Under the pieces are notes generated by a model. That model ran no database searches, was not told where the DNA came from, and was given only the letters and a program-made list of their open reading frames with translations. A stretch of DNA of 64,000 bases, taken from positions 37,262,001-37,326,000 of the forward strand of contig OZ076421.1 of the NCBI GenBank assembly GCA_964187785.1. Reading direction: 5' to 3'. The DNA comes from Amphiscolops sp. MND2022 (lineage: Eukaryota). Position 1 is the stretch's first letter, and every line of letters starts with the position of its first letter. A program made the translations under genes and the position numbers. Shown in pieces: positions 46,899 through 61,794 of the stretch.

Positions 46899-48899
46899 TA
46901 ACTTGTTGCGAAACAATTGCACTATAATCAATTTTTTTATGATTGTCACACAATAAATGTCAAGATTGTCTATTTTTGAAGAGTTTTTCTAGTTAGTCAT
47001 GTCTTGATCTCACCTTAAAACAACACCATCACATAGAGCTATATATTAAACGAATACCCTATAAGTGCGAGAGACCTTTCTCCGTTTCGTCAGAGAGATT
47101 TTCATAAAACTGTTCCCTGAGACTTCGTGCTTAAGCTAGTTGAAATACTTCTAAAATAGAGTAGAAAAAAAGTAGTAAAAATACTTCATCTTAAACCTCA
47201 TAAATTCGTTGACTAAAGATATCAAATATAAAAATACTACCTCAGAACGAAAGATGTATTTCCCAAAAATGGCGATATCTCAAAACTTAGCGTTTATCAA
47301 CAATCATTTCACAGATAACTATTCTTGTCGATGACTACAGATGACTACGAATTCCGCAACGAATACGGTAAACCACGTAAAATACAGTTCATATCTTTCC
47401 AAATTTGGTCATTTTTTGCGCCTGCCGGAAATCTTTAACGAAAATTCCATCATTTTTCAAACTTCGACTCAAGTTTAGTCAAACTACAGAACATCCTCCA
47501 AATTATCTAGGAATCCATAAAACATTGACAACAACTGGCCTTATTGATTTTCGCGATTTATGTGACAGAGAAATTAAAGTTCAGAGTTTATCAAGAATTC
47601 ATGGCTGCATAAAGAAAAATAGTGTACAAGAAATTATACTCAGTCCTCAAGCAGTTGTCACCATGAATCGAAATTTAAAGTTTGAAATGATCGTGGTTTG
47701 AGGTTAACACCTTTTGTGTTTTTACTTTCAATACTTTTCTCAAAAATGGCTTTGAGGTACAAATTCATTGATTATAGAAGCAAAACTTGAAGAGAAATGC
47801 CTATTTTGCATAGAGGTTTGTTCTTCCTGGTGGTAAAATTAGCTAAATAACTTCAATCACAAAGACTTCAGGTATTTTCTGTCGTTCTCAGAGTTTGATT
47901 CCTTTAAAAATTCCTTCATCTCAAAAAATTCCTTCAAAAATTCCTTCATCTCATGATGCTGAAATTTGGTATTTTTTGAATCCTTTATCGATACACGTAA
48001 TAATGGTTTCATCCATCTCTGTGAAGTTTCCAGTCAAGATCTCGAGATCTGTGGTGAGAACAAATCAGTAAGAAGCCGACTTCGAGGATCGGGAACACAG
48101 TCTGGAAGATGAAGACTTCACTAAACGGTTCCTTTAGGATCAAAAATGTTTCGGCAATTGCGGAGAAGTGAACTTTTTCCTCTACAATTTCAATTTTCAG
48201 AAAGTGCTACAAAAACGTTTTTATTTCTCGGTTTGTTCACCTAATGCAATATCAACACTAGAGTATTTAAGTTCAATTTGCTCACGTGGCTGAGATGGAG
48301 CTTCACTTTAGTCAAAAAATGCAATCTGGATGAAATGACAAGTTTTAAAAAAAGAAAACACTGCACAATATATTCATGAAGGGCTGTGTAAAAAAAATTA
48401 CGAAAAAACTGAAAATAAGAAAACTTTTTATAGACCAAAGATTGAACAGTAGCTTTTGGCTATTTGAAACAAAAATCATTCCAACATTTCGGAATATATT
48501 GAGGTCTATCAATGTCATTGAAAAATTTTTCATCAACGTTTTCAACTCCACATTCACATTTTCATACGTCTTGTTTCTTAATATTAGTTTTTTTCATACA
48601 TACGTTCCACAAAGGTACTCCTCTCTTGAAGATGCTGTAGTTCAGCTGCTTCCAATTGGCAAAACCTTGACAGGTTAAATATAGTGATCTTTCATGTGTT
48701 GCAAGATTTGCAGTGGCGAACTGAAACGGTCAGAAAAAGAGCGGAAGATTGCTTTCCAATTTCCAGAAACAAGAAACAGCTTTCAATTCCAGCAGATGAC
48801 GAACCGACAAAACTCGACACTGCAACCTAAGATTGTGTCCTGCATCCACTTAATATCTATTGAAACATGTCTAGATTCCCCGATTTACTTGTTTCTACA

Positions 48900-51030
48900 G
48901 TTTCAAAAAGAGGCTCTGAGAAATGCCGCTCAAGAATTCAGAAGAGCAATTTAAGTGGCTGATAACAAGCGCAATTAGTAACAGTCTCTTAAGTTTTTTC
49001 GTTGGTAAGGAATCACGAACACAAAAAATTGTCGTGATACCGCAGTCAATTTTCCGTAGAATAGTTATTAATCGTGTTGATAGTTAAGGTACTCTCCTCA
49101 CTGTACACCATGTTAATTCTCACACTGTTTGTCTTTTAAATTGATGAGATCTTGTAACTCAAAATTCTTCACTTCAACGAACTGTTTTTTATGGTTCACA
49201 AAAGACAATAAAGTCTGACTTTTTAGTGTTTTTATGAGCTGATGTGATGAAAAGCCATCAATTAGTTTTTCTAAAATTTTTCTCTTTTCTCGAGACGCGC
49301 AATTTCAGTATTGAAACAATTCGCGGCATAACGACAAAAGTGTCATCATCAACTGCGCCAAAGTGGAGCTTCATGACATACTAATCTGCATACCATTGAC
49401 AAAAAGACTGGACAGCGACGGGCCCAAAACAGTACTTTGTGGAAACTTTGATATAGGATGTGTTTTGGAGAAGGATTTCATGGGAAATAGAACCGAAGGC
49501 TTCTGACAGATCTAAAACGCAGCTACAACAAAGTTATCGTTATCAACGTCAACTCTTATTTTTTTCTGTGGTGAAAACCAGTGAGTTCGTCGTGGACATG
49601 GACATGTTTGTTTCTGAAATCAAATTGAACTGGGGAAAACCGTTTGTTGGTATCGAGATTGTTGATGATTTGTTCACGAATGACTTTTTTGAAAATCTTT
49701 GCCAACACAGCTGTAATAGCAATCGGTCTTGGGTGGTTTGGATCTTCAGAGTCACCCGTTGTGAAAGTTGGTCCAAAAAGAGCTCGTTTAAGACCACTGT
49801 AGAAACTTACCTTGTTCCAAAAATGCGTTTTTGAGAAAGCGGAGTGGCTCAGCTATATTTTTTTGAACGAATAAGCTGGAATATTGGACGAACGCAAAGA
49901 ATTATTTGTAATTATTCTTATTGTAAACTGTTTTCCGAGAAAAAAAGTAATGGGTTGACATTTGGATAGCATATTCGTTTTGACTTTTCTCGCATTTTCT
50001 TCTTCAAAATTTTTTTACATCAATTCCATGTAGTCATCGAAGTTTGACGAGCGGTAGTTGAGTAACCTCGCATTTTTGACCGCGTATGATATCCCCGAAT
50101 GAAGTCTTCAACTGAATTCTCAAAGGAGTTTGTATCCGTTTTGCATATTTTTGATTTTCGGGTTTCATTTATGGAGACTCATTTTTGGGGATCTGACTGA
50201 AATTACTTGGGAACGTTGATTTTGTGATTGAGACTGTTTTCATTGAGTTTTTCGCAACACTTTTGTTGAAATAAAATATAAGAAAGGCCATCAGGATGCA
50301 TGAACGTTTTTGGCACATGTTTTGGTGTGGTTTTTGATCCAATTTTTCTGAATAGTGATTGAGCTTTAATCACTGCGTATGATCATTTTTCTCTTACTAA
50401 CCCACTTTTGAGAGTGTTTTCAAAGATAATACAATTTTACTTAACACTGAGAACATATCCGTTACATAGAGAACATATGACCCTATTTTGACCATAAATC
50501 ATGCCCCAGTCGCTAGATTCCAATACCCGGCTGGAAAGCACTTCCCTGTAATTCTTCCTACCGGAGGTTTCTTTAGCTTTAAGTGTTTTGTAGTAATTGT
50601 TTGTGAATAACTAAATGTGCTCTATGAACAATAGGTTGGTTTTGATATGTACGAAAAGGATTATCTGACACATAATTGTTAAACAATTCAAAATTCAGGT
50701 GATCCGTAATAACAAAGGTAATCAATGTTTTCGATGTTCCGACTACCCTGGAAGAGAGCTCTATCTTCAAGACAGAGACCACAAGACAACAAAATATTCT
50801 CCATGCATTCTCGTGTGTTTTTTTTGAAAGTTATAAATTGTAAATCTTCATTAAAACAAGGGTTTGTTTTAAGTGACAGCATTGCCGATGCTTGTTCAAA
50901 CTTTTTCCATAAACTGTCGATGTTAATACACACGCGTGTTATAGCTGATCTTATTCGTTGCGGAAGAATTAGTAGTTCTACATTCTACTCAGGTTTCCTC
51001 ATAGTGATCTACAGACTCGTCCGGTGAAAC
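48900..51030 (-). pseudogene. Second decayed CR1/L2-group LINE ORF2 (APE plus RT)
   Basis: APE segment KKNTRECMENILLSCGL...IDYL (about 50700-50900) is homologous to the 44.8-kb copy. RT RPIAITAVLAKIFKKVIREQI...LDLSEAFGSISHEILL...PQSTVLGP (about 49320-49860). Confidence 0.8.
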
Positions 51031-54000
51031 ATACAAGAATAAAAGTGAAACAAAAAGAATGCAGCACCAAGGATTGCCAACAAATCGATCTACTGTATTT
51101 CCAATTGAAGATCTCTTGGCGTGGAGATCCAATGGAAACCTAAACGAGAAGCTGGTCAATTATCAGATAACAAGTTAGGTATTTAGACCTGGCCCATACA
51201 TGTCCATGTAGTAGTATAAACTAGGTCTAATGCACTTGATTGTAAATGTCCTAATCACCCGCATCACCAATAAAACCAGTCACTAGCTTTCGAAAAAACC
51301 TTTTACCAGCTTACACTTACCCAATTCACTCGGGTGGAGATTAATCAACTTTTGTTCATGTTCATTTTACTGACAAAACGTGTCAATGAAGCTAATATTT
51401 TGTTTTCGGGAAGATAAAAAAGAGCTTGTCAAACATACTCAACAAATTTGCAATGTAGGGAAAACATCATCACAAAATTTCTCAACAACGCCTCCAATCG
51501 ACTAATTGCTACAAAAACATTCAAAACTCTTATTCACTCTATTCACTTGACCATTTCGCAAATTAAATTTCATGGAGGAGTTGACCTGGCCACAGAAATT
51601 TTTCATTCTTCCGTAAACGTCTCGTATGGTATTTGTTTCTCTAGTCATGTCAATTGCTACATCAAAAGTGTCACTGACGAGTTAAGTGAGCATGTAACGG
51701 ACTCCTGTTACCACGAAACCTTCCAACATCTGAAAACTTCGTTGAAGCTGATTGTGGCCTACGACCGAGCAAGTTGAAGTACCTGCCCGAAGTGTGAACG
51801 ATCACAAAAAACGAAACTTTCACAGGAACGAGCGAACGACAAAAAATTGTGAAAGTGCCAGAAAAAGAGTCAAAACGTGAAAGACAATAGTGCGCCCGCG
51901 CCTAACCAAATTTGGACACTTTTTCCTTTTCGTTACAATGGCGTCGGAACTCTAGAATACCATCTAAGTGAGCGTTGCCCCAGTGTCGAAAGTGAGCCCC
52001 TATTTTACGGTGATACCCGTGATTTATTGCATTTACAGTCTAGATTAAGGCTGAAAAGCGTCCTAAAAGACAGTGCTCAACCTCAGAACCCTTTAGAATA
52101 TTTATAGCTCTGATGACAACGAAAACATTTTTTTCCACGGGAAATATCACAACAACTGTGTAATGTGCCCTTTCCTGTTGTTTGAATTGCTTCTACGTCA
52201 ATCTCATTTCAAGTTATCAGTTAATCAATACAATTCGGTGTTACAATTGTTGATTCAAAAGTGACAACTTCGTTGGTGAATGCAGACACGGGACTTTCAA
52301 CGTTTTTGCACTGACCCTCATTTTTCAATATGTCTACTTTGTAATCACCAAAATTCAATTCTTGCGATAGTTTTAATTACATGTACATCTGGACAAATTT
52401 GTTTAGGTGTATTGTTTTGTTTCCGGCCTGTACAAACAAATATCACTAGCTTCATTTCCCTCGTTGAATTCAACCACTACAATTTGGCATTCCAGGTTTG
52501 ACTCAAAAACATTGATTCGGTAGAACTTCTTATTTGAGTATACCACCCCCACTTGACCTTCGTTCCTGATTCTTTCGATGTTTCCACTCGATGGGTTATT
52601 AGCCACTACGACTGTAGTCACTGGGACCATCATCCGCGGATGCTCACATTTCCGTGATCGCTAAGACATGAGGCTTAGCAATGAGCGTTTGAAGGAAAAA
52701 TAGGGAGACAATCTTGGTGCCTGCTTGGTTTGTTGCCAAGTTGGTATAAAATTTATTGGCTTCGGGTTTTTTTGAAGTCGTTGTCCTTTTTTGCAAGGCT
52801 TGTTCAGAAAGTTGCCAGAATGCTACGAGGCTGTTAACACTTTGTGAAAGTGTACCACTATTGACATGTTCAATGAACTTCTTGATCTGACCTTTTTGTT
52901 GTAGCTATAAGACCTCTTTCACTGCACCCTTTCATTATTTACAGATCATGGTAGTCTCTATCTATGTAACAAACAGTTTTCTTGGAAGGTTATGTTCAAA
53001 CCATTAGTGCCCAAATCTGCAATTGAAATAGTTTTGAAATGTTTTTCACAGGGGAGAACAGTATGAAAATATGCTGAAACATAAAACTTTCAACTTGTTA
53101 AGTTAGATATTTTTGCTTCTGGAAAAGAGGTGGAAGTTCCTGTTAACAGGGTGTAGTGGCTGGACAATGTATTTGTCATATTCGGTTCATTCCGGTTTGA
53201 CCTCTACCGAGTTTCGGTTTAAAGAACTTCACACTCTATTATGTGTCTAGCCTACCATGTCTATTTACAAACAGAACTTTTGCTACATACATAATTAGAT
53301 TTACCATTATATACGTTTTGGTACTTATGGTATAGTTGTGGAACTATGCATATAGAAAATATCTTAACCTTCTCTTTTAAATTAAAAGCTTAGTTGTTGA
53401 GAATAGAACAGTATTTTTGCGCCGTCGACTGCCTCTCGAGATGCATTGATTGATAAGACGGACCAATCCAATCAAGAAAGAGAAAAAAATTTCGAGGAGG
53501 CCTGAAGATCGGATTTACTCCCACAATTTGCTTTCAACTATAAAACTGATAATTAAAAGGAACTATTCATGTTTCCATAATTTATTGTCATAATCTTAAC
53601 AAAGATACTCGTATTCAACTCTTTGTTTTTTTTTCATTTTTCTGAGGCAAAGCATTTTAGCATCAAAAACGAATGAAAGACAAGAGTGAATTTTTATTCG
53701 AAAATTCACTACACTAAACTGAACAATTGTTTCCGCACAAGATCCCAGATAATATTTCGAGGAAATCTGAGAGCGGTCACTGCAGTAGGTCAGTCAAGAC
53801 TGGAATTAAGTTCTCACATTATCTTTAAAGTAGATTCCTCTGTGAAGGTAGCAAATGTGGTATTAATTGTCTTGCAACACTGCCACTAACTGGCGAGAAA
53901 AAACTAAACCACGTTTCACCGTATCCCAATCAGTCGGAAAAAGTAGAAGTGACGACACACACATTTACAGACAAGATTGACAACCATTGCAAAAAGTTTC

Positions 54001-54402
54001 GAGGGAAATTAATTTTGCCTTTTTTCTGTTACCTCCACTCGTCAATTTTTTGGAAATATAGTGTAAATATTTTGAACAATTTTGAATACAAACCAGATTC
54101 CTTCAATTTTGAATTTATTTCCGGGGTGACAGTTTGGAATTAATACAAACTTTGCTCACACTATTTTTGCCATTCAACTTACGCATTGTTGATTTAAAAA
54201 ATCAACGTTGATTTGAAAAATCAACAGAAAAGAGCTTTAATTTTGTTCTCAAATCGTCCAAAATAGCCCTCCGACTCGTTTCGTGTCGTAATTTTTTTCA
54301 CTGGCGTCTTTCCAGATATAAGCTGACACAAGTTTTGTCATCGAGTCCAGGCATCATTAAAATTTTCACAAACGTCGTTGAAATGCAAAAGAGAAAAGTG
54401 AA

Positions 54403-54710
54403 AACAAGACGCCCGCTATGCACCGGGATATATTCCGCCTTCAAATGGCTAACAATCGAAAATTTACCTCCTCCTTGGTACAACACAATTAACTTCGGAT
54501 ATAACGTCAAAAGTTCGGATATAGCGTGCTGTGATAAATGGGAGCGCTTGTTGTCCAATCTCTCCCTCCTCCTTAGTAAAACGAAATATTAAACAGAAAA
54601 CGGAGTAAAAAGTAAAAAAGATTTGGCAGAATGTGGAAAAAAAACGCAACACTGATAATAATTTTCCTCCCCCTACACAATAAAATGAATAAATTGTTTT
54701 GGCGGAAAAA
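54403..54710 (-). mobile_element. HINE-like family B copy
   Basis: AACAAGACGCCCGCTATGCACCGGGATATATTCCGCC...ATTTTCCTCCCCC...GGCGGAAAAA. Confidence 0.75.
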
Positions 54711-54743
54711 ACTAAAATGGAAACAATTCAAGAACAATAACAC

Positions 54744-55050
54744 GAGCATGATGTGGTGGTAACAGCGTTCTACTTGTACTTGGATGGTATCAGGTTCAAA
54801 TCATTCTCGACTAACCATTGTTGGGCCTTAAGCAAGCCCTTTATCACTAGCTTTGTGTATGGTTAATGGCAAAACAATAACGTATTTTGCTGAGAAAAGA
54901 AAAATGAAAGGATCCACGATGAGCACTCAGGCCTTAGTGACATTGACCGAGTCTCTTTGCAAGCACAGTTTCAAGACGACCATTGCTGGACAACTGGGCT
55001 GGAACTATGGTTTAATTACTTCTGTGCCAAACCCAGAACAATTTCAGATC
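54744..55050 (+). mobile_element. tRNA-derived SINE (second, diverged copy)
   Basis: GAGCATGATGTGGTGGTAACAG...TGTACTTGG...CAGGTTCAAATC...CCATTGTTGGGCCTTAAGCAAG, colinear with the reverse complement of 17700-18020. Confidence 0.65.
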
Positions 55051-56728
55051 AGTTTTTATTGTCTTTGTAGACTCGCCGATTGAGGAAAGTCAGTTGAAAA
55101 CGCTAGCAATAGCGACTTTTGTTAATGCCTATGCGGCAAAACCTGGTGACTACATAGTAGACATACTTCTCTACGTTTCGAATGTATGTCTGAATTGACA
55201 TCAGCGATGTAATTATTCGAAACATTCGAAGCTGAGATGATTTACTTTTAGAAGAAAATAAAAGATTGTACACCGGAAACACTACACTTTGGCCACGAGC
55301 TATTACCACCCGAATAAAGTAGGTTGATCCTCCAACAACCGTACCAGCAACGTTCAAAGATAGTCATAATGTATGAAAAATTGGAAACCCTGATACAATT
55401 TGGCCATATGCAAACATTTTTGGACCTCTGATTTGTAAATCTGCACCCGTCGATCCTACAATTGTGAAAAGTGTCCACGATACTCATATACCAATGCTAA
55501 ATACATGGAAGTTACATCAATTGCTCAATTGCGCGAAGAGCAGTGTTTATTCAAGGTACGCGAAATTGAAACGCGGTGTAGTATCTAAAAACGTGCTAAC
55601 GCGGTGGAAAAGAGACTTTTGACTTTGTCTTTTAATATCTCAAAAGGATCACGCGAATACAAAAAGTCGATTGCTACCGAGGGCTTTTATCTCATCTGGT
55701 GGTCACAGTCTTGAGCGAACAAACGGTCCACAAGTCAAGTAACTAAGAAACCACTATCACTAAGTCGCAATCAACCGCCATATTGGGCCGTTAGATGACA
55801 CGGAGAAGCGTCAAGGTCACAGGCGGGCAGGAAGGTCTTTCCAGGGGACGATAATTGATCTTATGAGAAACCCTGCATTGCAGCAAGAAATTCGAGCTCG
55901 TTTGCGTGATATATTCTGACGCGTTTGTAAACTGTTTACAAATGTGAACAATTTGACTCAACGTCTTTGACATCGCATCAAAATCGCAAATATCTTGAAA
56001 CGCAAATTATTATGGAATATGAATTTAAGACAAGGTATTGAGATATGTGTAACGTGTGGTAAACAAATCTCTAGTCGAAGTCTAACAACGTTCGGTGTAA
56101 TATCTAAAAACGTGCGAACTCAAAATGCCAAAACCAATATTGTAAATGTAGGGTATAATGGAATTCGAGCGTGAGATCATGCGCGGTAAACAGTAATACC
56201 TGATGAGGAATTGGAATCTACTTGAATGACCTGAACTCAGTTTAGGAGCTACGAACAACTTTATTCTCGTGCCGACAAGACACTCGTTCAGAATGAAACT
56301 TGGGGTCTCGCTAGCCAGAGTCTGAGACTGAAACTGAGAACTGTGACTGTTTTGCAGCATAGAGATTTGAAAGTGACTGAAATGATAAAGTAAGGTGAGG
56401 AGAAGGTTTCAAAGGTTAAATAAAAACTGATATAGCTTGACTAGGAAGCTTTCTCATAAGAGTATCATGTACGTATCAACTGTACTTTAGATATCAAATC
56501 GTATATATGTATTACAAATGCATGACTTCAAGAACAACGCTAGCACGTACTTAAATGTCAGTTCCGATGTTGGCATACCATCCTTTCTATGCCACATTCC
56601 CTCCTCTGTGGATTTTTAGGGGAACCAGTCCCGGGAGGACTCATTGTTCTTTATCCGGGGAAATGGAGTGATTGGGTACTTCTTCGGTATGGTGAAAGTG
56701 TATGTATTTCCTAATTGAACAATGATTA

Positions 56729-59700
56729 TTAGAAACACTCCACTCCACCGAGCTTTACTACCCTCTGTGCCGTTCTTATCCTTTCAGATCTACGTGGTTC
56801 TAAATTAGTTTTTGTTTTACTATTTTCGACCTCGGATTTTTGTTTTAACCCAGGCCCGTTTCTTGTTCGTCGGCATCGTTGGTAGAGTGTAGCTCGTGCT
56901 GGGTTCATTGTCTTCAATGTTGTTGTTTGGGTCTTGCCTGGCTGATTCGGTACGTAGATGTGTTTCGCAAAGCTCGCCGCTAAATTTCCCACATCTGCGG
57001 CATCGATTGGTGACTCTCTTCTGTTCGTCGTTCTTTTTTGATGTCTGAAACTCTAAAGGTTTGGATGCTAATTATTTGGGTATTATTCTCCCTTCGGAGT
57101 TGGTGATTGTGTGGTCTGTTTCTTTTACCGCTGTTAAAGTTTTGTTTGTTTTAAAGCCGCATTTCATTGCGTTTGGTTTGTTTTCCTTTTTGTAAAATTG
57201 ATACTTTTTAAAATCCCGGCATACCGAACGGCCTCTCTTTCTTGTTTCGTTCACGACCAGATAATCCGCCATTTCGCCATCTGAGTCGTTGATAGTAACG
57301 ACTTGGAGTCCTGTAGGTTGTGCTGAAATATAATTGGTTAATGTCCTTTTCCAATTCGATAGTAGACATTCTGATTTACCAATTAAGTTGGTCAGTGCGA
57401 TACGTGGCTTTCTACCTAAATGCATTTGGAAAGGTGTCATGTTTAATCTAATATGTGGCGTTTGTCTAATTTGTTTTTATTGCTAGCTGTACGCTATCTT
57501 CAAAGGCTATGCTATCCGCCATGTTTGCTCTAGTAAGTGATTTAATTGTCCGCATAGTCCGCTCGACTAAACCGGTACCGGTGTGTAAATTGGGAGTGCA
57601 TCTAATACGTGTGACGTTTTCACCGTTGCAAAACTACCTAAATTCGTTGCTTTTGAAACAACTACCGTTGTCGGTTCTGATACACCGTGGTATTCCGTTA
57701 TCCGCGAAGTATTTTGTTGAAAATTTTAAAACGTTCCGTACTTTTGCAAATTTGTGCGGTCGGCCATTTACTAAAACGGTTGATGGCTACCAAAATATAA
57801 ACATCGCCCCGCGTCTTCGATTTGATTGGACCAGTGAAGTCCAATTGAATTTCCTGATTCGGTTCGGTCAAAATTTCTAGAATGTTTTTTTTTCCGTTGA
57901 CGGGATTTGTGTAATAATGTTCTCACCTGCGGCCCTGCAATTCGGGCATGATTCCGCTTTTTCTTGTAATTCTCGGTGCATGCCAGGCCACCAGAAAGCT
58001 TCGGCTGATTGGTCCATTTTTGCAGCTGAGATGTGACCGTGATCCAGGCCATCAGGTCGGTAATTGTTGTGCGCATGTTTTCGGGAATAACTATTTTGTC
58101 ATTGGAAAACAGCAGCCCGATTCTGGTAGAAAGATGTAATCGATGAGGGCGGTACGGGTAAAAAATGCTGTCCAGTTGTTGTTTTTCAATTCCAGCTATT
58201 GCGTTTAGGATCTTTATGTCTCGAGCGGTCTCATCCACTAGTAGAGGGAGATCTAAGGCAAAGTGCTTCTCTGCCCTCTTGATGGTTTCTTCGGTGCTCT
58301 CATTCTGGTCTGGGTTGAGTAGGTCTTTTTTGGCCGTCTGTTTCAGAATTACTGTCTCGTGTTTTTTGAATCTTTTCAGAGCATTGGTCGGGCATTTGTC
58401 TTTTTTCGTTCTGCTGATCTCACTTTCTCCGTCTGGTTGATTGTTGTTCAGTCACGATTCGTTGTTATTTTGCTGAAACTCTAGTAGAGGCGTTGTTCCG
58501 AGCGTCTCGCAATAGTGAAAAAAACGGATGTAAATTTCAATGTTGAGTTCGACTATCCGTTTTCTGCCGGCTTGATTTGGTCTGTACTCCTCTATCCCTT
58601 CACTTTGTTTTCCTTTCCCCACAATACGGGTTTTATCCGGCTTTAATATGTGGCTTCGCTCAACCCAGAGACGTTTTGTTTCGGGGGAGTGGCCTCTCTT
58701 TTTATAGATGAAATCCATGTCGATGTCGTTGACGTTGTCAATTTTACGGTTCGAGTGTGGCGAGATTTTATTCAAAGAGTTGATACTGTTTGGTAGCGAT
58801 GAGGTTTTACACAAATGAGTGTTTGAATTTCGTTCACGTATGTTTTTGTCGCGCTGTGATTGGTCGAATTATTCTCTCGCGATCGCTTGTTCGATGAATT
58901 GTTTAAAACTTCCTCGTGCTCGGATGAATTCGAATAGGCCGTATATTTGGTTAACGACGAACTCGGATTCCGCTTCGTTTTGTCCGTCCGTTTTGTTCTC
59001 TGACTCGCTAATTTTGGTCGGTAAGATCGGGCGACACCTTGAATAATCCATTAGCGGAATGTTTTTACCGGCCGTGTATTGGACATTAACATCAAAATGG
59101 CTCATTCTGTCCAACCAACAAATCAGCCGTGCGCTGTATTGTTTATGTGCTCGGTTTCTTTTCAACAAAGGCTGTAACGCCTGATGATCAGTTAGTAAAT
59201 TCACCCTTTTACCATACACATAATACCTGAAGTATTCTAATCCCCAAAACGCTCCCAACAATTCCAATTCATTTATCGCGTATTTTTTTCACAGTCAGTT
59301 AAAAATCTACTTGCAAAAGCTACGGGTCTGAATATTTCACCTTCTTTCTGCCACAAAGTCGCACCCGATCCGGTGTTACAAGCGTCGGTAGTGATGTAGT
59401 TGCTTCTTTTTGGGTCAAAATGGGCTAAGCATGGGGCTTCCGTAATCTCCTTCTTCAGTTTCTCGAAGTCCTCATCTATTTCTGGTGTCCAGTCCCATTT
59501 AACATCTTTCTTTAATAATTTTCTCATTCGATCAGTTTTTTTCGACAAATTATTAATGAACTTCGACAGATGTTGTATGGAGCCCAGGAAGGATTTCAAC
59601 TCCGTTACGTTCTCCGGTGCGACAAGTTTGGTTATCGCTTCTGTTTTGTATTTAATTGGTTTGACGCCGTTCTGATTGATGAGATAGCCAAGCCAGGTTA

Positions 59701-61778
59701 GCTCCTTCTTGAATAATTCCGTCTTCTTTTCGCTAGCTCGGTATCCGGCGTTTTGCAGTTTTGTGAGGACCTCGCGTACTTCTTTTTCGTGGTCTTCAAT
59801 GCTACCGTTGGTCACGCAAATAATGTCATCAAGCCAAACTGGTGTTTTGAACTCTAGCACGGTGTCTATGTGTTCTTGTAACACCGTGGTAATGTCTGAT
59901 AGGCCGTAGAAACGCTTCTTGAAACGATAATGTCCGGTAAAGTCTCCGCCAATAATCGAAAACACACAGTGTTTGGCTGCTTCCTTGGATAGTTTCGCTT
60001 GGCATAGTCTAAATCGATCTTCGACATCCAAATCTCGCCTTCACCTTCCGTAATTTTGGCTGAAGTTTGTTGATTAGCTCTTCCATATTCGGCATTGCTG
60101 CTTTTCTTTTTATACATGCTTCGTTGAGTTTTTTTGAGTCCAAAGCAATTTTGACAGATTTGTCCTTTTTGATAGTGATAACAGCAGGGCAAATAAAGCA
60201 ATTTTTCGTGGTTTGGTCGGACTTCTCAAGATGCCCCGACTCAATTAGTTTTTCTAATTCTTCTCGGAAATTTTTTTGAAAATGGATGGGAACTGGTCGT
60301 CCTTTTTGTTGTATGGGCTTGACGTCTTTCTTCAGTTGGATGTCGATTGTGAGATCTTTGATAGTATGAATATTTTTGAATAAGTCTTAGTGTTCGTTAA
60401 TAATCTTCTTTCGTCTTTCGTCTTCTTCCACGTGACGCATGACATTTGTCTTCTTGCTGCCCTGTAACCCAATTTCCAGTTTGTCTAACCAATCTAGCCC
60501 CAGAAATGGCTGAGTGTTTTTATTTTCTGTTATAAGGATAGGCAGTATTTCTTTGCTTTTCTCCGTCTTCATTTCGACCATCGCTTCGCCTCTAAATTTT
60601 ATTGGGTTTTTGTTTACATCGACGAAAAATTTTGTTGTTTTCTCCTTCTCGGTTGGAGTAATAATTGGTGGTATAATCGTCACCGGTGAGCCGGTATCAA
60701 TGATGAATTTTATTGGCTGGCCGTGGACCAATAGGACTGTTTTATAGAAATCAACTCGGTTAACGCCGTTGACGGACTGGATATGGTCAATCTTCGACCA
60801 TGATTCGGTGTTGTTATCCGATGATGTTGCTTCCTTTATCCGACTGACGGGTTAGGATTTGCACACCTTGGCGAAGTGCCCCATCTTTTTACAATTGTTA
60901 CATTGGGCTTTCCGTCTCGGACAAATGTGTTCGATTGACCTGTTCGATTTTCCGCAAAAGCGGCAATTTCGGTTTGAAAACTTTTTTCACGTTGAAATTA
61001 GGTTTGCGTTTTCGTGATTTGTTTGTGTGGCCAATCAATTCGATGGATGTCGAGCTACTTGATGAGACTTTTCTGACTTTTTTGTTTTTCAGTTTTTGTC
61101 CCCGTACTTCCGGTTGTAGTTGTCAAGTTCTGTCGTGTCTAGGACCAATTGTATTTTCAGTGGACCTTTTAAGAACTTTTCACGGGCTCTTTTGTCCTTG
61201 ATGGTAGCCGCAAATTTGTATGTGATGATTTCTTCCGCTGTGATATTACCGAAATCGCATTTTCCCTCGGTGTCCAACAATCTTTTCCAATGTTCGTCCA
61301 GTGTTTCATTGTCTTCCTGTTTCATATTGAAAAATTGTGCTCTGCTGTGGAATACATTTCTCACCGGAAGAAAGGTCTTCTTGAACAGTGTCAGTAGTTC
61401 GGGTGAGTTGACATCTTTTAACTAGCGGCCCCACTGACCTCTCATCACTTCTTGTTTGGCTTTTGGGCCAAGTGCCCAAATTACATCGCCTTTTATGTGG
61501 TAGACTGTGTGTGGGTCCATGAATTGTGTACCTGCATCGGTGATTTCCTCCAGGTTGCGGTTGTACGTCAGATGGATATGTTCCGAAATCTGCTCCCACC
61601 ACATCTTGGGATTGATTTTGGTAACATTTGTTTCTCTATCCGATAAAATCGGGATTTTGTACTTACTTTTTTCGATCCGTTCTAACGTTGTCGTTTGATT
61701 GTTATTCGTTCTGGTTGATTGTTCCGATGTATTCGGTCCGCCATCCGTTGAGTTGGGGTCAGTGTTGTTGTTTTCCAT
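56729..61778 (-). pseudogene. gag-pol of element 2, many frameshifts and stops
   Basis: CCHC knuckle CNNCKKMGHFAKVC; PR IIDTGSP; RT VWLDDII; RH TDAC, ELLG, LTDHQAL; IN IQLDFTG, IRTDNGS, GLVERT. Confidence 0.9.
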
Positions 61779-61794
61779 GATATTTTGTTCAGGT

